Under the pieces are notes generated by a model. It did not search any database. It was not told where the DNA came from and saw only the letters and a list, made by a program, of their open reading frames with translations. The position numbers were made by a program, and so were the translations under genes. DNA of 63,571 nucleotides, counting the filler, from Craspedostauros australis (lineage: Eukaryota): the NCBI GenBank assembly GCA_030167865.1. It is 12 parts of 12 records of this genome, joined end to end, with 100 filler letters (N's around TTAATTAATTAA, not from the genome) between each part and the next. Parts side by side here need not be neighbours in the genome. Positions count along the whole stretch, not along the records: positions 24,114 to 26,739 come from JALAGF010005494.1; positions 26,840 to 30,509 come from JALAGF010005495.1; positions 30,610 to 38,000 come from JALAGF010005496.1; 9 more parts are not named here. The stretch is one strand, 5' to 3'. Positions 24,114 through 35,552 of this stretch are shown one piece after another. Position 1 is the first letter of the stretch. The number at the start of each line of letters is the position of its first letter.

Positions 24114-26739
24114 CGTTGACACTTACACTATCTCGCGCACTGCTGCGCGATACGGATGGAATGTCATAGGACGAATGAATCCATGTGAGGACTGTGCAAT
24201 CGGCAAATCTCGACAAAAATGTTTGTCGAAAATGTCACTGGCGAAGGCGAGCAGAGTTGGCGAACGGCTGTTCATGGATACTTCCAGTGTCCAGACGTAC
24301 AGTTTTGGTCGCGGAAAATTCTGGCTCCTGATCATCGACGACTACAGCGACTACTGCTGGAGCTACTTCATCAAAGAGAAGAGTGAAGTGGGATCGAGGA
24401 TGATGTCGCTCTTGAGATGGCTCAAGGCGAATCAGAACGTGACTGTCAAGAATATCAGATGTGACAACGCAGGCGAGAACTACAGCGCAGAGGCGCAGCT
24501 ACTCAAGGAGGGATTCGGCCCGACGTTCGAATACACGGCAGCTTCAACTCCACAGCAGAATGGTCGCGTGGAACGAAAGTTCGCCGTGCTATACGGAAAG
24601 GTCAGGGCGATGCTCAATCAGACCCACCTACCAAAGCACCTACGAGGAAAGCTATGGGCTGAAGCAGCAAGAACAGCGACGCAACTCGAGAACATCATCG
24701 GAACGAAGTCGAGAGAACCGGCTTGCGTGCTATTCAATGGGCAGACACCCACATACGTGGACGGACTGCGTTTGTTCGGCGAGATTGGCATGGTGTTCAT
24801 CGGAGGCCGAGTGNNNNNNNNNNNNNNNNNNNNNNNNNNNNNNNNNNNNNNNNNNNNNNNNNNTCGCGTGGAACGAAAGTTCGCTGTGCTATACGGAAAG
24901 GTCAGGGCGATGCTCAACCAGACCCACCTACCAAAGCACCTACGAGGAAAGCTATGGGCTGAAGCAGCAAGAACAGCAACGCAACTCGAGAACATCATTG
25001 GAACGAAGTCGAGAGAACCGGCTTGCGCACTATTCAATGGGCAGATACCCACATACGTGGACGGACTGCGTTTGTTCGGCGAGATTGGCATGGTGTTCAT
25101 CGGAGGCCGAGTGATCAAGGCGAAGCTGGACGATCGGTCCAAGCCTGCGATGTTCGTCGGATACGGACAGTCACATGCGAGCGGAGTATACCGAATGATG
25201 AACCTCGCAACGGCAAGGATCCTAATCACGCGAGACGTGACGTGGATGAACCAGTCGTATGGGCAATTCAAGGGTGTTGAGAATGCCAACAGATCGGTGA
25301 TATATGATCTGGATGACGACGACTCTGAGACTGGAGATGCATTCCAGAGAAAAAGAGTGACTTGGGGGCGAAGCTCGAATATCGCGAGGAACGCGAAGAT
25401 CGGCATCGCAGAGAGGAGCGGAAGAGCCGGACACACAAAGGGAGACACAAATGACACCGCTCACGAGCAAGATGACTTGCTACCTACCCAAGGGGAAGAA
25501 CCATCGTACAATGATGAGGGCGATGAATCCGGAAGGGACAATGACCGTGCGGGGCGGATCGATTCGGCTATTGAGCAATCGACTGCTCGCACTCCCATGA
25601 GACCGTTAGCGCGCGTACCGAGGATGGTGAGTGGCCTGGCAGGCTACAACAACTCACCGATTCCCCAAGAGGAGAGGGAACGAGAATCAGAANNNNNNNN
25701 NNNNNNNNNNNNNNNNNNNNNNNNNNNNNNNNNNNNNNNNNNGGACGGACTGCGTTTGTTCGGCGAGATTGGCATGGTGTTCATCGGAGGCCGAGTGATC
25801 AAGGCGAAGCTGGACGATCGGTCCAAACCCGCCATGTTCGTCGGATACGGACAGTCACATGCGAGCGGTGTATACCGAATGATGAACCTCGCAACGGCAA
25901 GGATCCTAATCACGCGAGACGTGACATGGATGAACCAGTCGTATGGGCANTTCAAGGGTGTTGAGAATGCCAACAGATCGATGATACATGATCTGGAAGA
26001 CGACGACTCTGACACTGGAGATGCNTTCCAGAGAAAGAGAGTGACTTGGGGGCGAAGCTCGAATATCGCGAGGAAGGCGAAGATCGGCATCGCAGAGAGG
26101 AGCGGAAGAGCCGGACACACAATGAGAGACACAGACAACACCGCTCAAGAGCAAGATGACTTGCTACCTGCCCAAGGGGAAGAACCGTCGGACAATGATG
26201 AGGGCGATGAATCCGGAAGGGACAATGACCGTGCGGGGCGGATCGATTCGGCTACTGAGCGATCGACTGCACGCACTCCCGTGAGACCATTGGCGCGCGT
26301 ACCGAGGATGTTGAGCGGCCTGGCCGGCTACAACAACTCACCGATTCCCCAAGAGGAAAGGGAACGAGAATCAGAATCAGATTCGGAATCGGAGGCAAAC
26401 GAAGCATCAGCATCAGGCGATGAGGATGGCTACGATACTGCGCAGGAGACGATGATAGTCCCCGCGGCTACTGGAGGACCCAGCTTCCATACAGATGGGT
26501 CGATGTTCAACAGGGACGTCGCCAGCATGATGATCGATACTACCCAAGGGAGGATGAGACTTATCGACTTCATTGCTGCGAGTCAGGATGTTGAGAACGA
26601 ACGGAATGATGAGTGGTCAGAACAAGCCAACACGGCTGTGATGTTGGATCCAATGACGTTCGAGGAGTGCTGGGATCATGCTGATCCCGAGAAGAGAGAG
26701 AAGTGGCGTGGGGCTATCAACAAGGAGTTCACCGACATG
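24114..26739 (+). mobile_element. Ty1/Copia pol fragment (GAG-pre-integrase, integrase, SH3, linker, start of RT), with assembly-duplicated blocks
   Basis: CEDC, LFMDTS, IRCDNAGE, PQQNGRVERK, LWAEAA, MFVGY, P.TFEECW..KWRGAINKEF; closely related to the element at 38101. Confidence 0.95.
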
Positions 26740-26883
26740 NNNNNNNNNNNNNNNNNNNNNNNNNNNNNNNNNNNNNNNNNNNNTTAATTAATTAANNNNN
26801 NNNNNNNNNNNNNNNNNNNNNNNNNNNNNNNNNNNNNNNCTCGGGCTTTCGTCACACCTGAGCACGAAACGTACAGGTGTGAC

Positions 26884-28794
26884 ATGTTGATTGCTGATCT
26901 CCAAGAAGACCTGGCACGGAACGCGACCGCACCCTCTATTGCATTCCGCGACATGAACATGCTCTCACCACAAAAACGGAGCCGCCACAATCAGGACCCT
27001 GGACACAACCTCACCCCGCAACAGACAAGAACACCCACTATGACGTTCCCAAAGTACACCCCGTTCTACAAGGGCACTCATTGTCCCGTCGCCGGATCCA
27101 GGGTGCTATATCCCGCAGGAAAGAAGGGAATCTTCCAAGGAATCGTCGTCGGATACAGTGGCCACAGAGTCCGAATCTTCTGCACGAAGGGAAACAAGAA
27201 CGCACCAGCCGGCCGTGTTTCCCACGTAGAGAAACAATCCATCTACCCTCTCACCCTCTCCGAATATATGGATAATGACCTCCAAACCACCCAGGTCCTC
27301 AGCATCGCCATAGCCGATGGCCAGTGCTTCTACCCCGCTGAAGACGGCGCATGGGGCGAACCACCCGACGAGTTCCGCTCGACCATGCGGAAGCCATCCA
27401 TATGCCACTTCTTCAAGGTGAGGAAGAACCGGATCCCAATCATCCTCGCACGCGCAAGGAAGGCACGAATGGTCCGAAAACAAAGCGACACCCTCGCCGC
27501 CAACCTCACACGAGAGAAGAAAGCACTCGCGAACGAGCCTTTTCCCCCTTCCAATGAGGATGACATGGTCGACGGAATACCATCCCTCGAAGACACCCGT
27601 CCCAGTCTCGAAGAGGGAGAGACACCAGAAGGCAGGTTCCTGGATGAGATCCCGGACGGATTCTTCGACGAGAAGATGACCGCAGAAGAAGCCAGCCATC
27701 AGGAGTCTGAATCAGAGGCGTACCGCGATGGAGACCAAGAATCGCAGGACCCAGGAAGTGTGATTGACGTGGAAGCAGAGATCGCAAGTGGAGCNGTGAT
27801 CAGCCATCCCAGACCTCCCGTCAGGCGATCCTCACGACCATCACCGGCGTCCAAAATCTTGACAGCCACGCGAGATGGACAAGGGTATACCGACAAGGTA
27901 CGGCCAAAGCCCGTTATCCCAACTGATCATTCGATGGACAGCGCGTCCGTCCCAGAGCCCGGCGACAGTGATGATTCTGGGTCCATCTACCGACCAGAAG
28001 GCAAGCCGACCAAACGAAACCAAGCGTCACGACGATACAGCTCTGGAGCCAGCAGCATGCAAAGCAACCGCCCCAAGAGAAAGGGGCTCTTCGACGAATC
28101 CGAGGACTCCACCATTTCCTTGGGAATGTCGGGAATCAAGATGATCAAACAGGTCAGGTCCGCCAAGAAATCCACAAGTGGGGCCATCAACACGAAAAGA
28201 GCTCCCACCGCGGCCGCGGAGAAACCTAGCGAGGCGACAGAACCGGTGCCTCCCATAACCCAGGATGAGCAACCAGAGGTCCCTACACTACCGGAGGAAC
28301 CAACCAATGATGACGTGCCGGTAGCAACCGCGTACCCGGCACCTGTAAACCACAACGAGTATGCGGACATCAACACTCGCGAACCCCACATCCTGAGTCC
28401 TCCTCTACCATCGACACTGGATACGCAAGGGACCAGCAACGTGAGAAAGAAGGCACGAATGGAGCCTCGACCAGTGATCGCATACCTGTCGCCCCGACGT
28501 CTTCGATCTGGGTACATCATGTCCAGCAACCATGGACCAGCAATGATGCAACCATCCATGTTCCAGATGCCTCATGACCCCACCGCTCAAATCAGGGCCG
28601 TTCTCCAAAACGACAACAGGACTTCCCCGGTCATCCAAGGTCTCGCCGACATCCTCTTTCGCGGAGGGTTTGACCACATCAATCAGGTTCAACAGGTCAG
28701 CATCACCTCCTTATTGAACGAGGCATTGGAACTCATGCATACCATCCGCCTCCAAGGCCGCGGCTACAACGTCAACAACGAACAGCCCGAATGA
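26884..28794 (+). CDS. Orphan ORF (636 aa; ~584 aa from ATG 27040), probably retroelement-borne
   Basis: Uninterrupted 1.9-kb frame; ends ~90 bp upstream of a purine tract and an LTR-like repeat; no TM helix or recognisable enzyme motif. Confidence 0.7.
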   Translation: MLIADLQEDLARNATAPSIAFRDMNMLSPQKRSRHNQDPGHNLTPQQTRTPTMTFPKYTPFYKGTHCPVAGSRVLYPAGKKGIFQGIVVGYSGHRVRIFCTKGNKNAPAGRVSHVEKQSIYPLTLSEYMDNDLQTTQVLSIAIADGQCFYPAEDGAWGEPPDEFRSTMRKPSICHFFKVRKNRIPIILARARKARMVRKQSDTLAANLTREKKALANEPFPPSNEDDMVDGIPSLEDTRPSLEEGETPEGRFLDEIPDGFFDEKMTAEEASHQESESEAYRDGDQESQDPGSVIDVEAEIASGXVISHPRPPVRRSSRPSPASKILTATRDGQGYTDKVRPKPVIPTDHSMDSASVPEPGDSDDSGSIYRPEGKPTKRNQASRRYSSGASSMQSNRPKRKGLFDESEDSTISLGMSGIKMIKQVRSAKKSTSGAINTKRAPTAAAEKPSEATEPVPPITQDEQPEVPTLPEEPTNDDVPVATAYPAPVNHNEYADINTREPHILSPPLPSTLDTQGTSNVRKKARMEPRPVIAYLSPRRLRSGYIMSSNHGPAMMQPSMFQMPHDPTAQIRAVLQNDNRTSPVIQGLADILFRGGFDHINQVQQVSITSLLNEALELMHTIRLQGRGYNVNNEQPE

Positions 28795-28880
28795 AGCCCG
28801 CTCGCCGCCATCTTGGGCGGCGGAACAAACCACACTACGATTAGCTTTCTTGCTTTCAGTCAACTCACGTTTCAACGTGA

Positions 28881-28892
28881 GATGAAGGGGAG
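28881..28892 (+). promoter_or_regulatory. Polypurine tract candidate GATGAAGGGGAG
   Basis: Directly abuts the 5' terminus of the repeat at 28893. Confidence 0.65.
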
Positions 28893-29586
28893 TAATAGAG
28901 CTAAACTAGTAACCATCTTAGCGAGAGAGACTACGAATCATCCGACTCGTCAGCATTCCAGTAGGTCGAACGAATACTTCACCGGCCCCCACGTTTGGGG
29001 ACAGATCCAGAACCTTGAAGCAGATCTTTGGAATTCGTGTCAGGGAACCAATAGGGTTCCGATAACCAAGTTTCTGACACCCACCATCGCCAAAACACTG
29101 ACGCACGGAACCAAAGCCACAGCAACGCGCATCATCGCCCATTGTCTCTCACAGAACTCAGACAACGGATCTCGACCCACGGTNNNNNNNNNNNNNNNNN
29201 NNNNNNNNNNNNNNNNNNNNNNNNNNNNNNNNNAACTCAGACAACGGATCTCGACCCACGGTACTTGGGCTACACAACCCACACGCATTGTCATTCAGGA
29301 CACCACAGGAGATCCCCCTCGAAGGGAAGAACCATAGCACTAATCTCATAATCCGCACGTTTCTTCACCATCTACCAGTATTCTCAATTGACTACTTGTG
29401 GAACAGAAGACTCTCGTCCGGACCGCTTGCCAGTCAAGCCTCTGCCTACAGCTAAAGAACAGCCAACAAGACAACAGCCATTACGTTTGGGCTCTATTAT
29501 CACGTTCGGACCGCTTGCCAATCAAGCCTCTGCCCAAAGCTATCAACAGCCAACAAGACAACAGCCATTACGTTTGGGCTCTATTA
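28893..29586 (+). mobile_element. 3' LTR-like unit with TA..TA termini and an internal 87-bp-period duplication of its 3' end
   Basis: TAATAGAGC...GCTCTATTA perfect 9-bp inverted ends; left edge defined by the copy at 17854, right edge by the abrupt start of host-gene homology at 29587. Confidence 0.75.
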
Positions 29587-30155
29587 AAGCTTGCCCAGAG
29601 TCGGAGACGCAGGCCAAGGACACAACCGAATTCCAACAGAACGACCAGCAGCGCCAAATCGAGGAGCAAGAGTTTGGAATTCTCGAAGGACGGACACAAC
29701 ATGCCAGTCACACCAGTCACACCAGACACATCAGACACATCAGGCGCGATGAGTACAGCCAGCACGCTGGCTCTATCTCGAGTTGTGACAACGAAAAGTC
29801 TCGCAGCAAGCGCCTGGAGTCACTGACCAATCTGCCAAGTCTCCACAACAATGACGACAGCGCCGGCGTTGCGACAAGTGCTGCTGCAACGAACGGTGGG
29901 AGAAGCTCTGTGGTCCCTGTCACGCCTGGAGGTCGGAGCGCGGCATCTACACCAGCCCCGTTCAGCCACATACATGAATAGAGACAACAGTCTTTGTCGT
30001 TGAACAAGCGCAGGTCGACGTTGGAAAGCATCCTCAAGATCAAACGATCATCATTACGTGAAGTGCCGTTGACCAATCCTCCCAAATCGAAGCAACGACC
30101 ATCTCTCGAATCCCGACCATCGCAATTGGCCGATCTTGCCTTGACTGAAGCATCC
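29587..30155 (+). pseudogene. Second, diverged copy of part of the Ser-rich gene at ~9810-10630
   Basis: QSRRRRPRTQ..SAKSRSKSLEFSKDGHNMP..VTPGGRSAASTPAPFSHIHE*..LADLALTEAS shared; frameshifted. Confidence 0.85.
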
Positions 30156-31479
30156 GAGATACAACATGAGGCCCTGGACGTCCGACAGCAGGACACTCTT
30201 CGGAGTTTCCTTGTAATCGGATTAGTCCAATTTGACAATTTCCCCNCNAAAATATTTGGTCTTGGTTTTCTCACGACTGTCCGCCAACGCGAAGCGCGTA
30301 CCCCTGGGTACGAACCAAGACCAAGTGAGAATTATCAAGCTACAAGGGATTGGAGACTACCAATCACAGATGCCTGTCAAGAGGTTCATTGCAGCTTATG
30401 TTTGAATCACAAGAGTGATTGCATCGAACTGCAAAGACTGCTTGGCTGTAAGATCCCAGCCCTTGACATGATTAGCATGATAGAAGAAAGGGTCATGCCC
30501 AACAGCTCTNNNNNNNNNNNNNNNNNNNNNNNNNNNNNNNNNNNNNNNNNNNNTTAATTAATTAANNNNNNNNNNNNNNNNNNNNNNNNNNNNNNNNNNN
30601 NNNNNNNNNTGGGGCAATCGTTTGCCACCGCGAAAGGAATATGGCGATGGTGGTCCCCCACCGCGTCTTTCGTCAACCCACTAGTGGAAGGACCATACCA
30701 TACCACACCACACAGCACTCCACAACGCATCGAGCAGTACTTGACTGCACATCTTCCCCACCTTGTTGGTAGCTCTGACTTGACTGCTGCTTCGCACATC
30801 GTCGCGACAAAGAGCACAAGCACAAGCACAAACAAGCACAAACAAACACAAAGACATCCAAGAGCGGCCTCTTCCTCTCACAAAACTTGATCATCTCACA
30901 ATCCAAACCGACAAGCAACCACAACCAGCTGCACAGCAAACAAAAGGTAAGAAGACATGCAGCACTCTCCACCCCCGACAGTGACTACCGTTGCCATCGC
31001 GGCTGAAGCAAGTTGCCATTCCAATGACAAACACAACCATCATGGCGGTGGCGGCGGCGGCGGCAACGGCAGCAGGGCCATGGCAGTTCGACTTCAACAT
31101 CGCAGACGTCCACACGGTGGCGCAGACAATTGCGGCGCAGACCATAGTGATGAGGGGCACCAAGGACCAACGTGATGCTTGGTTTGGCGAAGTCATGGAG
31201 CAGCGCCCGTGGTGATCCTTCCGCCTTTCGTCGCCTCGCCACCGCGATGCGCACCTCCGTCGACAAGAAGTCTGCGATGATTTCTCGTGCGATGGTCTTG
31301 GAGCAGCCTTCCTGTGCTTCGCTGCCAACTCACTATGTGCCGTAGACAGAGTGAAGTCGAAAATACTGCCTGTGAAGGGAGCACGATAGCACGCAACGGC
31401 GAGCGCGGCGAGGCGAACCCATCATGTTGTGCGGAAAGCAGTCGCACCACAAGATGTCACATTCCCTCTCTGTGTCGGA

Positions 31480-32049
31480 ACTCTGCCATTCCCAATTCTC
31501 CATTTCTCACACCAACCTTGCCATCTCTGTCTCTCTATCTCCCTATCCATCTCTGCACATTATTATGCGTGTGGCGACAGTGGCAGTGCGACCGTGAACT
31601 ATTATACGAACGAACAGACATCAACGTCCGAACCTTCACAAAACCAACCAAACCAAACCAACACAATGAAGTTCGCAACCAGCTCCCTCATCTTGGCTCA
31701 CATCGCCACCACCGCCACCGCNNNNNNNNNNNNNNNNNNNNNNNNNNNNNNNNNNNNNNNNNNNNNNNNNNNNNNNNNNNNNNNNNNNNNNNNNNNNNNN
31801 NNNNNNNNNNNNNNNNNNNNNNNNNNNNNNNNNNNNNNNNNNNNNNNNNNNNNNNNNNNNNNNNNNNNNNNNNNNNNCAAGCCACCCGTTTCTTCCGACC
31901 CCAAGTCTGACAAGGCCAACGGCATGAAGAACAAGAAGGCCAAGGACAGCGACATGACCCCTGCCACCTTCCTGAGCACGCTCGGAACACCAAGCACCGC
32001 CGCCGGAGTTGCTCTCCTCGCTGTCATCAAGAAAGAGGCCGACCTCCTC
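31480..32049 (+). other. Partial duplicate (alternative haplotype or paralog) of the 5' end of the Cys-rich gene
   Basis: Near-identical to 32100-32670 with substitutions (ATFLST vs AAFLAA), flanked by N gaps. Confidence 0.8.
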
Positions 32050-32287
32050 NNNNNNNNNNNNNNNNNNNNNNNNNNNNNNNNNNNNNNNNNNNNNNNNNNG
32101 AACTCTCTCATTCCCAATTCTCCATTTCTCACACCAACCTTGCCATCTCTGTCTCTCTATCTCCCTATCCATCTCTGCACATTTTTGTGCATGTGGCGAC
32201 GGTGGCACTGCGACCGTGAACTATTATACGAACGAACAGACACCAACGTCCGAACCTTCACAAAACCAACCAAACCAAACCAACACA

Positions 32288-33592
32288 ATGAAGTTCGCAA
32301 CCAGCTCCCTCATCTTGGCTCACATCGCCACCACCGCCACCGCCGATGATGGTGCCGCCAACCTCCGCGTCCCAGCCAACAAGGAAGAAAAGGTCGCCGG
32401 AAACAGCAAGCTCTCCTGGACTTACTACGGAAACAATGAGAGAAAGATCGAGGAGGTCACCGGCGTCACCAAGAAGCTCCGCCGCCTCAAGGATGACATC
32501 AAGCCACCCGTTTCTTCCGACCCCAAGTCTGACAAGGCCAACGGCATGAAGAACAAGAAGGCCAAGGACAGCGACATGACCCCTGCCGCCTTCCTGGCCG
32601 CGCTCGGAACACCAAGCACTGCCGCCGGAGTTGCTCTCCTCGCTGTCATCAAGAAAGAGGCCGACCTCCTCGAGATCTTCGCCAGCCAAGCCAGCACCGC
32701 CGCCGGTGTCGCCCTCTTCAACGACATCAGCGGAAAGACCGGTGTCCTCGAGGCATTCACTGCCGGAGCCGCTGCTGACGGAGACATGTTCACCGGAACC
32801 GCCGCCGAAGCCGCTGCCTGGTGCGGCAAAGCAGGACGCACCTGCTGCACTGGAACTGATGCTTGCTCCTGGATGGGAGTTGCCTCCATCGCATCCAACA
32901 GCTGCATCGGAAAGGAGGCTTGCAAAAGCATCGAGACCCAGTCCATCATCTTCCAGGGATCCTGCGTCAGTGGTGCCGGGGGTGACGATGACAAATCATG
33001 TTCATACTTCAACTTCAACTCCGGAACCAAAAAGGCCTCCATTGTGGCCCCAGGATCCTGCATGGATGGAGAAAGGGTGTGCTATGCCTTCGCCCAGCAG
33101 TCCAACGGTGATGCCATTATCGGAGCAGGTTCCTGCAAAAAAACCCTAGGCTGCGCCGCCATGGGTGCGGGACCAGCAGCCTACGCCTCCGCCACACCAA
33201 CCACGGGCAATGGCACCACCGACAACAAGCGTGTCTCCGACACCATCGTCGGTGCTGGATCCTGCATCAACAACTTTTCGTGCTCTTACCTCAACGCCCA
33301 TGTCAGTGACACTTATGTCGACCCGGCCACCCCATACAACCAGTTCGAGGGATCCACCTTGATTGGCGATGGCACCTGCGTTCCAGCCTACTCTTGCCGA
33401 TACTTGGGATACCAGTTCTACTGGAGTGCCGACATCAACCTCTCCGATGGCGTGTGCAACGACACGCCTGTTGCCAAATACTCCGGATGCAGCTACTGCT
33501 ACTACAATTTTGAGGCCCCCAACGCCTGCACGCCTCTCACTGCCGTTTTTACCGTCGCGTCCGGCAGCTCCTGCCCAGCCTGCACATCTTAA
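32288..33592 (+). CDS. Secreted Cys-rich repeat protein (434 aa) with RxL site and Lys cluster
   Basis: Signal peptide MKFATSSLILAHIATTATA; NLR, RRL; KSDKANGMKNKKAK; ~7 repeats of hydrophobic-xxGSC-x(4-11)-C; strong C-ending codon bias. Confidence 0.9.
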   Translation: MKFATSSLILAHIATTATADDGAANLRVPANKEEKVAGNSKLSWTYYGNNERKIEEVTGVTKKLRRLKDDIKPPVSSDPKSDKANGMKNKKAKDSDMTPAAFLAALGTPSTAAGVALLAVIKKEADLLEIFASQASTAAGVALFNDISGKTGVLEAFTAGAAADGDMFTGTAAEAAAWCGKAGRTCCTGTDACSWMGVASIASNSCIGKEACKSIETQSIIFQGSCVSGAGGDDDKSCSYFNFNSGTKKASIVAPGSCMDGERVCYAFAQQSNGDAIIGAGSCKKTLGCAAMGAGPAAYASATPTTGNGTTDNKRVSDTIVGAGSCINNFSCSYLNAHVSDTYVDPATPYNQFEGSTLIGDGTCVPAYSCRYLGYQFYWSADINLSDGVCNDTPVAKYSGCSYCYYNFEAPNACTPLTAVFTVASGSSCPACTS

Positions 33593-34320
33593 GCGGCTTG
33601 TCTGCTCAGCGGCAGCGGCACCAAGGGAACGACCCACTTCTCTGACCGGATCAGCTCCACGCCAAACCCAAGTCTTGAAGGGCTTGAGCCAACGACGGAT
33701 GATGATCTCATCATCGTCTCCAAATGGTGCCTTCCGCCCAACTGAAATCTGCAAAGCACAACTACCTGCAAAGCAGCACCAAAGGCAGATGATGAGAAAG
33801 CACAGCAAGCATCTGCAAAAGTAGTGAACGTGCCAACCCAAAGGACGTCGGCAATCACATTCCCAGGACGAGAAATCGATGCACTCCCACATTTTGACCA
33901 ACTTCTCACTGCCCCAACAGGCGACGTCCACAGTACCAAAACACAATCATACATGTCTGAGTAGGAACATCAAATTACCACACACACGAAAACGCCATTC
34001 TGATGTTTGCTTACTTGTGTGCCGTATCGGGTCCACCTCCGCCTCTGCGATGAGGTGCGATTTTCGCCGCGAGTACGATCGTTGCACCATACGCATGATG
34101 CTGATATGCCAAACAGAGATACATGTGAAACCGTTGAATTGGCGTTGCGGTGTGAACACAGGTGTCAACCAATCAGGAAGTAGCAGTAGCGTAATGGAGC
34201 GTACATGTTGCACTCAGTAAGACTCACAATCTGCGTTCTTACACTTTTACAACTCATTTTGGGTTTCATGCATGTAATGACTTGATGCCATGCGCTGGTA
34301 CGATTGTTGTTGAAAGCCTC

Positions 34321-35051
34321 TGTTGGGAATCGAGGGTAAGACTTTTTTGGAATACCCATTATTGCCGCACCTCCCAACATTATTCGCCACACCTTTGAAT
34401 ATTATTCGTCACATGTTCGGAGACTATTCATCACACCTTTGAATACCATGTCATTATGACTATGATTAAGGACACGGACGTGATTGATACCTGTACTACC
34501 GCGAGGAGGGTAGTTTGTCCTCTGGTAACGTAAAGACGACACCTACAGCGGGTCAGGAGGTCCCAATACCAAACCAACCAAGGCAACCATGCAGACAACG
34601 ACGTCGATCAGAACAGCAGGTCAATATGCAAGTGACGCACCCCCTTCAGAGGACAGCACGCGCCCCTCCTGCGGACACGAACATCCGAAGGTTTGGAACA
34701 TCACCAAGGATGACACCAATCGTGAGACGATGGTGTCATGAGATCAACAACGGAAACATATGACAGGCAAGTACTCAGGACTGCAGATTCCTACCATGCA
34801 AACGTAGACAGCTACAAAGATGCAGAGGCAAACAACAAAGATACCAAGATAAGGATGCAAGAACAGAGCATGATGAATGCAGAGAGAAGCACCTAGGAAC
34901 ACAAGGACACCCCGTGTCGCCACCGCAGTAGACAACTGCCATGAAATCGAAATCGGAAGAGAAAGTGAGATTGTGCTCACAGGTCTAAAACGGTACAGTT
35001 TCTAACAGCAGATTAAATTACAGTACTAATTATAACCCCGGATTTCCAACA
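34321..35051 (+). mobile_element. 731-bp TG..CA element, family member
   Basis: TGTTGGGAATCGAGGGT...ACCCCGGATTTCCAACA; internal homology to 17855-18274. Confidence 0.85.
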
Positions 35052-35074
35052 CATGAGAACTCTCGATCGACTCT

Positions 35075-35175
35075 TTGTGAACAGAAGAACACATGTCCGG
35101 ACAGCCCGCAATCAAGCCTCTGCCTTCAGCAACAACTACTACCAGGACCACAGCCATCACGTTTGGGTTCGACTA
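35075..35175 (+). repeat. Diverged relic of the 3' end of the TA..TA LTR-like family
   Basis: gaacagaaga...gtccggac...tcaagcctctgcct.cagc...acagccat.acgtttggg aligns with 29400-29499. Confidence 0.7.
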
Positions 35176-35552
35176 CTCACCAACACAGAGATTCTGGGAG
35201 CGAACTCCACAGCAGAGAGTACCATAGTCAAAGGAAAAGCTCATAGGACACACATGAAACCATGCACGACAATGCACAACAATGCACAGTTGCCAAAGCT
35301 AAGAGGAAAGGAACTTGATTGGGAGCGTGTGTGTTGTTAGCAGTACTATGCTCGTACTACATTACATTGTGTTTTCCTGTTCCTTGTTCATCGTCGTTTC
35401 AAAACAACTTGCTTGAATCTGCAACAATGAGGAGCTTATCATCGCGCCTGCCGCATTCGATTGCATTTCCAGACGGCCATGTTCAATACACTTGTATGTC
35501 CCTGTCCTTTCCCTTGTACTTGCGTTTACGTTTGCGTTTGCCTGTTGGGTAT

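Noticed and set aside
24114..29586. Joining the Copia fragment to the orphan ORF and TA..TA LTR as one element
   Set aside because: Separated by the scaffold linker at 26784; no physical link shown
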